Shown: positions 46,851 through 55,145 of the stretch, piece after piece
How the letters are laid out: each line of letters starts with the position of its first letter
Numbering within the stretch: the first letter of the stretch is position 1
Source of the DNA: Opitutales bacterium
GTDB lineage: Bacteria > Verrucomicrobiota > Verrucomicrobiia > Opitutales > UBA9783
NCBI GenBank assembly: GCA_046881885.1
Contig: JBKSMP010000021.1
Location: 238 to 64,237 of the forward strand
Direction: 5' to 3'
DNA length: 64,000 bases
The notes under the pieces: generated by a model
The model's input: only the letters and a program-made list of their open reading frames with translations
What the model was told of the DNA's origin: nothing
The model's database searches: none
Position numbers and translations under genes: made by a program

Positions 46851-47165
46851 ATGGAAATTTTAACCAAAGATACCTTTGAAGCTTTTACACAAAAGCCTTT
46901 TGCAATTGTTGATTTTTGGGCCCCTTGGTGTGGTCCTTGTCGGGCACTAATGCCTATTTTAGAGCGAATTTCAGAGCAAAAATCTGTTGCAATTGGCAAA
47001 ATGAGCATTGAAGATGAGGATGCACAAGAATGGGTACAACGTTATCAAGTACGTAGCATTCCTACATTGCTCTTTTTCAAAAAGGGTCAGTGTGTAGAAA
47101 CTCATGTCGGCCTTTTGACAGAAGAGGCTTTGCTCACTAAAATTGCGAATTATGCAGAACAGTAG
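46851..47165 (+). CDS. trxA: Thioredoxin
   Basis: WAPWCGPCR active site. I chose the ATG at 46851 (MEILTKDTF) because the longer track ORF would span the terminator hairpin. Confidence 0.9.
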   Translation: MEILTKDTFEAFTQKPFAIVDFWAPWCGPCRALMPILERISEQKSVAIGKMSIEDEDAQEWVQRYQVRSIPTLLFFKKGQCVETHVGLLTEEALLTKIANYAEQ

Positions 47166-47775
47166 AACCATCGAACTGTTTACGCGATATCCGCAATTAG
47201 AAGTTTGCCGTAATGCAATTGGTGATGTTTTTGCTATTTTATGCAAAACATTTGCGGGAAAAGGGAAGTTACTTATTGCCGGTAATGGTGGTAGTGCTTC
47301 AGACGCAGACCATATTGCTGGAGAGTTATTGAAGGCCTTTAAAGGCCCACATACCCTTACGGAGCCTTCTTTACCTCAAGATTTGGCCCTTCACTTACAG
47401 CACGCATTACCTGTCATTCCACTGCCTAATTTAAGCGGAATTTTAACGGCTTATAGCAACGATTGCGAGCCTGATTGGGCTTTTGCACAATTGGTTTGGG
47501 GATTGGGACAAACCGGTGATTGTTTCTTAGCACTAAGTACTTCCGGAAATTCCAAAAACATTTTAAATGCCGCTAAAGTAGCTCGAGCAAAAGGAATGTC
47601 AGTCATTGGATTAACAGGACAAAATGGAGGTACATTAAAGTCGCTATGTGATTGCTGTATCTGTGTTCCAGAAGAAGAAACTTTTAAAATTCAAGAATTA
47701 CATTTGCCCATTTATCACAACTTGTGTTTAGGTCTAGAGGAACATTTCTGGGGTAAAAAACCTGAAAATGCTTAA
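47143..47775 (+). CDS. gmhA: D-sedoheptulose-7-phosphate isomerase (SIS domain)
   Basis: LIAGNGGSASDADHIAGEL ... LSTSGNSKNIL.A...A...G..VIGLTG..GG. Confidence 0.85.
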   Translation: MRIMQNSRTIELFTRYPQLEVCRNAIGDVFAILCKTFAGKGKLLIAGNGGSASDADHIAGELLKAFKGPHTLTEPSLPQDLALHLQHALPVIPLPNLSGILTAYSNDCEPDWAFAQLVWGLGQTGDCFLALSTSGNSKNILNAAKVARAKGMSVIGLTGQNGGTLKSLCDCCICVPEEETFKIQELHLPIYHNLCLGLEEHFWGKKPENA

Positions 47776-48451
47776 CGGCTTCCAACAAAATTTACCTGCA
47801 CATGTTTTGGATTTTTGTAAGAAAATTCATGAAAATGGCGGAGAAGCTTGGATTGTTGGTGGTTGGGTACGTGATTGTTTTCTGAAAGAGAAATCGGTCT
47901 CGGATGTTGATATCGAGGTTTTTGGATTATCTTACGATGCATTAAAAATACTTTGTAAACCCATCTGTAAAACGGAATTTCCAAAATTTGGTATCTTCAA
48001 ATGTGAAGGTATGGATCTTTCTTTGCCACGAATAGAATACTGCATTGGGAAACGTTATAATAGCTTCAAAACCATTTTGTTACCACATTTATCTTTTCGT
48101 AAAGCTGCATTACGTAGAGATTTTACCATCAATACACTTGCTTGGAATCCGATAAGGTATGAATTACGCGACCCATTTCATGGAGTGAATGCCATAAAAA
48201 CGAAACGATTGTATCCTATCAGCAAACGTTTTACAGAAGATGCTTATCGTGTTTTGCGGGCAGCACAATTGATTGCACGATTTGGATTTGTTCCAACAAA
48301 ACCATTGATCTACTTGAGTTTAAAGATAAAATCTCCTATTTTGTCACAAGCCCACATAAAGCGTACGCTTGATTGCCTACATACCGCTCCTTATTCAAAT
48401 ACTGCCTGGCAATTCTTGGAACAAATTCATTGGGATAGGTTTTTAAGTTAA
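47768..48451 (+). CDS. Class II tRNA nucleotidyltransferase/poly(A) polymerase family protein, short form (head and neck only)
   Basis: GGEAWIVGGWVRDCFL....SDVDIEV and RRDFTINTLA. At 227 aa it is much shorter than full-length CCA-adding enzymes, which I recall being around 400 aa. Confidence 0.7.
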   Translation: MLNGFQQNLPAHVLDFCKKIHENGGEAWIVGGWVRDCFLKEKSVSDVDIEVFGLSYDALKILCKPICKTEFPKFGIFKCEGMDLSLPRIEYCIGKRYNSFKTILLPHLSFRKAALRRDFTINTLAWNPIRYELRDPFHGVNAIKTKRLYPISKRFTEDAYRVLRAAQLIARFGFVPTKPLIYLSLKIKSPILSQAHIKRTLDCLHTAPYSNTAWQFLEQIHWDRFLS

Positions 48452-48542
48452 CTGTACTAAGTACTACATTAAGATGAAAATATCCATAAATACAGTTGTA
48501 ATACAACTTAACGCATTTCTCTACTCAAATTTCTTAGGGATT

Positions 48543-50150
48543 TTATTCCAAATAAATACAATCGTAAGGGTGCCAATCGAGCAAATTGGTATGCCAATTT
48601 TGAACAGAAGGATGCACCAAATGCGACGTAGCGCTTGAATGAAGTGGCAACAAAGGAACTTCATCCAAAATAAGAGCTTCTGCTTTCTGTAAAGTATGCA
48701 TACGTTCTGAAACATCGTTCATGTTTGCGGCAGTATCTAACAAATGATCAAATACGTCGTTATGCCAATACGTGTAGTTGTTATAACTATTACTACGCCA
48801 TAAATCGAGAAAGGTCGTTGGATCATTATAATCGCCAACCCAGCCACCACGTGCAATTTCGAAATTTTTCTCACGACGTCGATTTAAATATACTTTCCAT
48901 TCCAAATTGATCGTTTCCACATCGATATTAAGTTCTTTTTTCCACATTTCTTGAATTGCAGAAGCAAGATACATTTGTCCTTCAGTTGTGTTAAAAATGA
49001 GCGATAATTTAGGGAAATTTTGACCATTCGGATAACCCGCTTCCGCTAATAACTTTCGAGCAAGATCTGCATCTTCTTCAATAGGATTAATACAGTGAAA
49101 ACCACAACAACCTTCAGGAACCAACTGAAAAGCCGAACGATGTTTAATACAAAAAAGGTCATTCCCCATTAAAGCATCGCGATGCAATGCCAGATTAAGT
49201 GCTTTACGAACACGGACATCGTCCAATGGTTTTATTTTTGTATTAAAGATATAATAAAACGTTCCAAGATAAGGATGGATTTTTAACTGTTCATCTTTTT
49301 TCTGGTAATATTCCTTTATTTTAGAATAAGGAACATTTTCCGTAATATGCAATTGTCCACGCCTAAAAGCACGCTCCTCAGTAGCATGATCACTAATCGG
49401 CTTGAAAACAATACCATTAAGCTTTACGCATGATTCGTTCCAATACAATTTATTTTTAGCAAGCTCAATTTTTTCACCCACTTTCCAGTGTTTAAGCACA
49501 AAAGGCCCATTACCAACAAAATCTTGTACACGCGTCCAAGTAGGATCTCGTGTAAATTCTCCATTACAACGTTTTAGCGTCTCACGATGAACCGGATAAG
49601 CTGCAGCTTGCATCAAGAGGGAAAGAAAGTAAGCCGTTGGACTTTCCAAAGTAAATTCTAAGGTTAAAGCATCAAGTACTTTAATACCAACCTTGTCAAA
49701 TGAGAGTTCATTGTTATAAAACTGTTTCGCATTTTTAATCACAAAAAAAGAAGTAGCTCCGGAAGCGCCAACAGCAGGTGTAAGCAAACGCTGAAATGAA
49801 AACAAAAAGTCTTCTGCTTCTATTTTATCGCCATTACTCCAAGTAGCATTTGGCCGCAAATAAAATGTATAACGTAAACCATCTGTACTTACTGTCCATC
49901 GCTCTGCCACACCTGGTTCTGGTTCCAAAGTCTTTGGATGTGGCTTAACTAAACCTTCAAAAAGAGACCTAAGTACATTTTGTTCGGTAACTCCTGAAAT
50001 ACAATGTGGATCTAGGCCTTCTGGATCAGGGCCTATACCAACAAGCAGGATACCATCACGATAAGCACGTTGAACTTCTGTTTCTTTTTTAGAGCATCCC
50101 AAAAGTCCCAAAAGACTTACGAGAACAATGTAAACCAATTTAATTTGCAT
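48543..50150 (-). CDS. oppA: ABC transporter substrate-binding lipoprotein, family 5 (oligopeptide/dipeptide type)
   Basis: Lipobox LLGLLGC; SBP_bac_5-like length and blocks (GPFVLKHWKVGEKIELAKNKLYWN). Confidence 0.85.
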   Translation of the reverse strand: MQIKLVYIVLVSLLGLLGCSKKETEVQRAYRDGILLVGIGPDPEGLDPHCISGVTEQNVLRSLFEGLVKPHPKTLEPEPGVAERWTVSTDGLRYTFYLRPNATWSNGDKIEAEDFLFSFQRLLTPAVGASGATSFFVIKNAKQFYNNELSFDKVGIKVLDALTLEFTLESPTAYFLSLLMQAAAYPVHRETLKRCNGEFTRDPTWTRVQDFVGNGPFVLKHWKVGEKIELAKNKLYWNESCVKLNGIVFKPISDHATEERAFRRGQLHITENVPYSKIKEYYQKKDEQLKIHPYLGTFYYIFNTKIKPLDDVRVRKALNLALHRDALMGNDLFCIKHRSAFQLVPEGCCGFHCINPIEEDADLARKLLAEAGYPNGQNFPKLSLIFNTTEGQMYLASAIQEMWKKELNIDVETINLEWKVYLNRRREKNFEIARGGWVGDYNDPTTFLDLWRSNSYNNYTYWHNDVFDHLLDTAANMNDVSERMHTLQKAEALILDEVPLLPLHSSATSHLVHPSVQNWHTNLLDWHPYDCIYLE

Positions 50151-51623
50151 CTAGTTTCAATAGTTTTACAGCTGCCAATACACGCTCTTTAACTTCATGA
50201 AAATTTCCTTTGGCGTCAATGGTTACAAAAGGCATCTTGCCTTTTAAGCTTTGTAATGCTGTGAAAGTTTCTTGCATAAAAATTTGATAACGTTGACGAG
50301 CGATTTCTGGATCTAAGTCAGTTTGACGAACCTCTTGCAAAACACCTTGGCCCGACTTGAGAATACGTTCATTATGTTCTTTAGCGCGTTCTCCACGATA
50401 CAATTGACGACGAACACTTTCATCCTCATCCAAAGTTAACACAATGACAGAAAACAAAGGATGGTAACCTTTTTCCTTCAAAGCACGATAAAGTCGATAA
50501 ATACTATAAACTTGCTCTTGGGTCCTTGGAAATCCATCAACGACAACACCATCTTTATAAATAGGATCTTGCAAAGCATTGAATACAGAAGAAATGACAG
50601 TAGCATCATCCAAAAGCACTCCACGATTAATTTTCTCACGCATCTCTGGAGTATTGAACAAACTACTTGCAATTAATGGATTGGGACATAAATGTCCATA
50701 TTCAATAATATAACGCTCATTTGTACCTTTTCCTGCGCCTGGTGCTCCACTTAACCAAACAATCTTATTGGGAATGCTTTCCAAGCTAATGGAATCTATT
50801 AAAAGAGATTGTTCGGAATTCTCTGAAATACAATGCGGATCTAGACTTTCTGAATCAGCGCCCGTACCTATAAAAAGGATACCATCACGATGAACCTCTT
50901 GAATTTTCGCTGCTTTTTTGGAGCATCCCAAAAGTCCCAAAAAGCTTACAAGCACAATATAAACAAGTTTATTTTTCATTTTTCGTCTAATTTCAATAAT
51001 TTTACAGCTGCCAATACACGCTCTTTAACTTCACGCAAACTTCCATTACTATCAATGGTTATAAAGGGCATCTTACCTTTTAAACTTTGCAATGCAACAA
51101 ACGTCTCTTGCATAAAAATTTGATAACGTTGACGAGCAATTTCTGGATCTAAATCCGTTGGTCGCACCTCTTTCAAAACCCCTTGTCCGGTCTTACGTAT
51201 ACGTGCATTATATTCTTTAGCACGTTCTCCACGATACAATTGACGACGGACACTTTCTTCCTCATCTAAAGTCAAAACAATCACAGAAAACAAGGGATTG
51301 TAACTTTTTTCCTGCATTGCACGATAAAGCCAATAAATGCTATAAGCTTGCCCTTGAGTCCTTGGAAATCCATCAACCACTAATCCATCCTCATAAATTG
51401 GATCTTGCAAGCCACTAAATACAGAAGAAATAACGGTAGCATCATCTAGAAGCAGCCCACGATTAATTTTTTCACGCATCTCTGGACTATTGAGCAAACT
51501 ACTTGCGATCAAAGGACTCGGATATAAATGTCCATACTCAATGATATAACGCTCGTTAGTACCTTTCCCTGCACCCGGTGCTCCGCTTAACCAAACTATC
51601 TTATTGGGAATGCTTTCCAACAA
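49971..51623 (-). repeat. Tandem duplication, two units of roughly 830-840 nt
   Basis: Unit 1 is about 50800..51623 and unit 2 about 49971..50784. Each unit holds the kinase core plus the first ~180 nt of an oppA-type leader. For example, TTGGGACTTTTGGGATGCTC is identical in both leaders. Confidence 0.85.
50140..50979 (-). CDS. Chimeric protein: OppA-type lipoprotein leader (about 60 aa) fused to an adenylate-kinase-family P-loop kinase
   Basis: Residues 1-60 (MKNKLVYIVLVSFLGLLGCSKK...RDGILFIGTGADSESLDPHCISENSEQSLL) parallel OppA residues 1-60. From LESIPNKIVWLSGAPGAGKGT onward the sequence parallels the upstream kinase paralog. The ORF is intact. Confidence 0.8.
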   Translation of the reverse strand: MKNKLVYIVLVSFLGLLGCSKKAAKIQEVHRDGILFIGTGADSESLDPHCISENSEQSLLIDSISLESIPNKIVWLSGAPGAGKGTNERYIIEYGHLCPNPLIASSLFNTPEMREKINRGVLLDDATVISSVFNALQDPIYKDGVVVDGFPRTQEQVYSIYRLYRALKEKGYHPLFSVIVLTLDEDESVRRQLYRGERAKEHNERILKSGQGVLQEVRQTDLDPEIARQRYQIFMQETFTALQSLKGKMPFVTIDAKGNFHEVKERVLAAVKLLKLDAN

Positions 51624-51677
51624 ATGACCATCCGTGTCTAATTTTTTTAAAAAAGAGTCTAACTGTTGTGCTTCCAT
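50976..51677 (-). CDS. Adenylate-kinase-family nucleoside monophosphate kinase-like protein (cytoplasmic paralog)
   Basis: P-loop GAPGAGKGT, VVDGFPRTQGQ, and Arg-rich LID-like and C-terminal segments (RRQLYRGERAKE, RPTDLDPEIARQRY). It has no signal peptide. Confidence 0.8.
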   Translation of the reverse strand: MEAQQLDSFLKKLDTDGHLLESIPNKIVWLSGAPGAGKGTNERYIIEYGHLYPSPLIASSLLNSPEMREKINRGLLLDDATVISSVFSGLQDPIYEDGLVVDGFPRTQGQAYSIYWLYRAMQEKSYNPLFSVIVLTLDEEESVRRQLYRGERAKEYNARIRKTGQGVLKEVRPTDLDPEIARQRYQIFMQETFVALQSLKGKMPFITIDSNGSLREVKERVLAAVKLLKLDEK

Positions 51678-51749
51678 AAATCTTTCCTTTCCAAACTAAT
51701 ACATCTAATACAATAAAACGGCACTTTTCTAGAAAAAAATAGGAATTTT

Positions 51750-52574
51750 TTATAAAAAATAATTTCTTTGACGTTCCGAAATTGGCATTTGCAAAAATTC
51801 CATTACCTTCAACATATCTTCCCAAACAATACGTTTTGAAGCATTTGTAGCGTTTCGAAGCAGATAAGATGGATGATAAGTAATCATCAAAGGAACACCA
51901 TTGAATTCAAACCAATTACCACGACAATCCCGCATACGTCTTTGAGAATCATGTCCAAGTAAGCCACTAACAGCCGTTGCGCCTAAAGCCACAATAACTT
52001 TAGGTTTTACAATATTCAATTGCCCTTTCAAATATGGCAAGCAAAACTGCATTTCCTCTTGTGTCGGCGGACGATTTCCAATGTGATTCGGCGTTTCTGG
52101 CCGCCAATTCATAATGTTTCCAATATAAACATCAGAACGTTTCAGCCCCATTGCTTCAATGATTTTTGTAAGCAACTGCCCTGCTCTTCCGACAAATACC
52201 TCACCTTGCTCTTCTTCGTCCGCTCCAGGCGCTTCTCCACAAAAAAAGATATCTGCATCCAAATTTCCACTGCCAAACACAAGCTTTTTGCCTGGATACA
52301 AATGCTTCAAACAATGCGGACAGGTTAAAACACGCTGCTTAAGCCACTTCCATTGTTCTTCTTTTGTCCCTTCGGGTAAAGTAAAAGCTTCAGGTTGTTC
52401 CATTTTACTTTCGACTTGCATGACTTCAATTCCTTCCACTTCATGATCTTCCTCTATGTGCGAGGCTTGCAAATACTGCTTTAAAACGTCCGGATTGAGT
52501 GGAAAATGGACCTCTCCTAAAGCTTTTTGTGCTTTCAAAATCGTCTTTAACAAATCCTGTATGGGATCCGTCAT
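51750..52574 (-). CDS. Uracil-DNA glycosylase, family 4
   Basis: GEAPGADEEEQGEVFVGRAGQLL motif, upstream Cys residues (CPHC) and HPSYLLRN. Confidence 0.88.
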   Translation of the reverse strand: MTDPIQDLLKTILKAQKALGEVHFPLNPDVLKQYLQASHIEEDHEVEGIEVMQVESKMEQPEAFTLPEGTKEEQWKWLKQRVLTCPHCLKHLYPGKKLVFGSGNLDADIFFCGEAPGADEEEQGEVFVGRAGQLLTKIIEAMGLKRSDVYIGNIMNWRPETPNHIGNRPPTQEEMQFCLPYLKGQLNIVKPKVIVALGATAVSGLLGHDSQRRMRDCRGNWFEFNGVPLMITYHPSYLLRNATNASKRIVWEDMLKVMEFLQMPISERQRNYFL

Positions 52575-53770
52575 GCATTCAACAAATGCTTTATAGGACG
52601 TTGAGCTTCAACATCTGCATCGTAATCGATACCCGCACATTCAAAGCCAAACAACTGCAAGAAGTTTTCTTGATAACCATCAAAATCACTCAATTGATGC
52701 AAATTTTCCGTGTTTATCTTCGCCCAAATCGCTTGTACTTCTTCTTGCACTTCTGGAAGTAGTTCACGATCGTCTAAACGAACACAGGTTTCACGATCTT
52801 GCTGCAAAGGAACTTTATGATCAAACAAGCCTGCAAACAAACGATAAATTTGCTCAATACAATCTTCATGCAAGCCCTTCTCTTTCATCACTTTAAACAG
52901 GACGGAATTGTATAAAGGAACAACTGGAATGGCAGAACTTGCTTGAGTTACAACCGCCTTATTTACCGAAATAAGCGCACGACCTTGGAGCTTTTCCTGC
53001 AGGAATTGATTCAATTTTTCAGCAGTTTGCGCGAGATGTTCCTTAGCACGACCAATCGTTCCCGACTTGTAAATCGGCCAAGTAACTTCAGGACCAATAT
53101 AAGAATAAGCTATCGTACTTGCTCCTTTTTCCAATAAATTTTCTGCAACCAAAAGCTGGATCCATTCTTCCCAATCTTCACCTCCCATAACCTTGACCGT
53201 TTGAAAAACATCGTCTTCGGTAGCCGGTTCTAAAGATGTTTCATAGACTTCACCTTTATCGGTATTAACAGTTTTGCTCGTAAATGTCTGCCCAACTGGT
53301 TTTAAAACAGATTTGTACATATTGCCATCTTTATCGGTACGACGCGGTGCTGCCAAACTGTAAATAACACAATCAACGCTTCCCATTTTTTCGCGCAGTT
53401 CACGAACAACTTGAGCCTTAAAATCTGCCGAAAAAGCATCACCATTCATCGAATAGGCCTTTAAACCTTGAACCTCAGCAGCTTTTTCAAAAGCAACCGT
53501 ATTGTACCATCCTGGAGAAGCAGGTTTGGTATCATCCCCTGGTCTCTCAAAAAATACACCAAAAGTATCAGCTTTACCTCCCATTGCACTTACAATACGA
53601 CTGGCAAGTCCATAACCCGTTGAAGCTCCCAAAATAAGTACGCGCTTCGGCGCCTTTTCAAAAGCTCCTTGTTGCAAAACATACTCCACTTGCTTATTTA
53701 CTTGAGCTTCACAACCATCTGGATGGGCTGTAATACATATAAATCCTCGAACTCTCGGTTTTATGATCAT
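52571..53770 (-). CDS. fabV: Enoyl-[acyl-carrier-protein] reductase FabV (trans-2-enoyl-CoA reductase family)
   Basis: MIIKPRVRGFICITAHPDGCEAQV ... ILGASTGYGLASRI, a characteristic FabV/TER N-terminus. Confidence 0.92.
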   Translation of the reverse strand: MIIKPRVRGFICITAHPDGCEAQVNKQVEYVLQQGAFEKAPKRVLILGASTGYGLASRIVSAMGGKADTFGVFFERPGDDTKPASPGWYNTVAFEKAAEVQGLKAYSMNGDAFSADFKAQVVRELREKMGSVDCVIYSLAAPRRTDKDGNMYKSVLKPVGQTFTSKTVNTDKGEVYETSLEPATEDDVFQTVKVMGGEDWEEWIQLLVAENLLEKGASTIAYSYIGPEVTWPIYKSGTIGRAKEHLAQTAEKLNQFLQEKLQGRALISVNKAVVTQASSAIPVVPLYNSVLFKVMKEKGLHEDCIEQIYRLFAGLFDHKVPLQQDRETCVRLDDRELLPEVQEEVQAIWAKINTENLHQLSDFDGYQENFLQLFGFECAGIDYDADVEAQRPIKHLLNA

Positions 53771-54155
53771 GATTACAGTGTGACAAGTTCTGCCAGAAGG
53801 TCAAAAATTTTCTTATGAAAAATAGAGGTTATGAAAAATGAAAGCCAAAACATTATAAAACATCCTGTAAAACTCGGAGAATAAAAAAGAAAACAAGTGG
53901 TGATAGTACTTAAGCTAAGGTATCTGGCCAAGGGAAAGTCCGCGATCATTTAAAAATTTGGGAATGGATGTCGATGTACAATGGTAGCGCACAGCACAAA
54001 TATGCCATTTTCGAGGTGTGAAAAAGTATGTTTGATTATAAACATCCTGCAAACAAAAGGTAAAAAATTTTCTTCAATTTTTGCAGAATATTCATTTCTT
54101 AAGCAAAAAAATCTTTACAGAAGGCTCAAGCTCGTTTAAATTTTAAGTAATAAAA

Positions 54156-55145
54156 ATGAAAGTAAATAAAATTTTACATCTGGTAGGTGGTGCTTGTTTA
54201 TTTTTACAAGGTTGTGAAACTTTGCATTTCAAAAGCAACGATAAAGAAACAAGTAACTTGAATGAAAAAAGTACGTTAATTGCTTCAGAAGCTGAAGAAA
54301 CTGAACAAGCGGTTTCTGTTCACGAGTTAGAAGCAACAACGCAATTAAGCAAGCAACACTTTCGTGCTCAACCCCGTCGTCCTATTTTAGAAAAACAAAT
54401 CGACGAAGTTGTAGAAGACGATTCTCAATCAGATGCAAAAGCCACATCGTATACAGTCCAAAAAGGTGATACCTTATACAAAATTGCTAAAAAATTTAAT
54501 GTAACTGTTGCAAAATTGGTACAAGTTAACAATTTAAATGACCGGAATCGTTTGTCCATTGGAATGGAATTGATAATCCCTAATGGAACAAACAGTTTCT
54601 CCACAACACCTACTCATGTTTATGTGGTTCAAAAAGGTGATACCTTAACCTCTATAGCCAACCGCTTTCAAACAACAATTGCTGCACTTAAGCAAAATAA
54701 CAAACTGACGAAAGATACGATTTATAGTGGGCAAAAGCTCTACGTTAATGGTACTGCAGAAGCGCAACCTTCTTCAAAAGAATCAAGTTCTAGCTTACCC
54801 CCTATAGACACTGAAAAGTATGTTGTAAAAGCAGGTGATGTGCTTTACAATATTGCTAAACGTTGCCGGATGACCGTCCAAGAATTAATGCAAATCAATA
54901 ACATCCAGGATCCTAAAGCTTTACAAATTGGACAAGTGCTTTATTTAAAGAAAACGATCACACCAGATCCTGTATCACCTATAGAAAATGCGTCCTCATC
55001 CCAGATAGAACCTCAACCAGAAGTTGTTTTGGCAGAGCCTACACCTGTTCCACAAAACTCTTCTATGGTTGAAGAAGATAATTTCGAAGATCTTTTTGAA
55101 GAAGGAAACGACATTCCAGTTGTTCCTTTAGAAGATATCAAATAA
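54156..55145 (+). CDS. Lipoprotein with three LysM domains and an acidic C-terminal tail (no peptidase domain)
   Basis: Lipobox LFLQGC. LysM 1 is YTVQKGDTLYKIAKKFNVTVAKLVQVNNL; LysM 2 is YVVQKGDTLTSIANRFQTTIAALKQNNKL; LysM 3 is YVVKAGDVLYNIAKRCRMTVQELMQINNI. The stop abuts the ftsW start. Confidence 0.85.
   Translation: MKVNKILHLVGGACLFLQGCETLHFKSNDKETSNLNEKSTLIASEAEETEQAVSVHELEATTQLSKQHFRAQPRRPILEKQIDEVVEDDSQSDAKATSYTVQKGDTLYKIAKKFNVTVAKLVQVNNLNDRNRLSIGMELIIPNGTNSFSTTPTHVYVVQKGDTLTSIANRFQTTIAALKQNNKLTKDTIYSGQKLYVNGTAEAQPSSKESSSSLPPIDTEKYVVKAGDVLYNIAKRCRMTVQELMQINNIQDPKALQIGQVLYLKKTITPDPVSPIENASSSQIEPQPEVVLAEPTPVPQNSSMVEEDNFEDLFEEGNDIPVVPLEDIK

Noticed and set aside
46607-47008. 133-aa minus-strand ORF overlapping the small secreted-peptide ORF and trxA.
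   Set aside because: It is antisense to a thioredoxin gene with a perfect WCGPC site. Its sequence is Ser/Thr/Gly low-complexity with no motif. It spans the terminator hairpin.
53932-54124. Possible RNase P RNA in the fabV/LysM spacer. GGGAAAGTCCG resembles the universally conserved GAGGAAAGUCCGGGC, GGTAGCGCACAGC resembles GUAANAGCGCACC, and ACAGAAGGCTCAAG resembles ACAGAACCCGGCUUA. The three matches occur in the right order.
   Set aside because: The two strands that should pair to form P4 are not complementary (TCCGCG versus AGGCTC). The spacing between the boxes, about 190 nt, is far shorter than in bacterial type A RNAs as I recall them. No P1-P3 pairing could be drawn. I treat it as a chance resemblance unless a covariance-model scan says otherwise.
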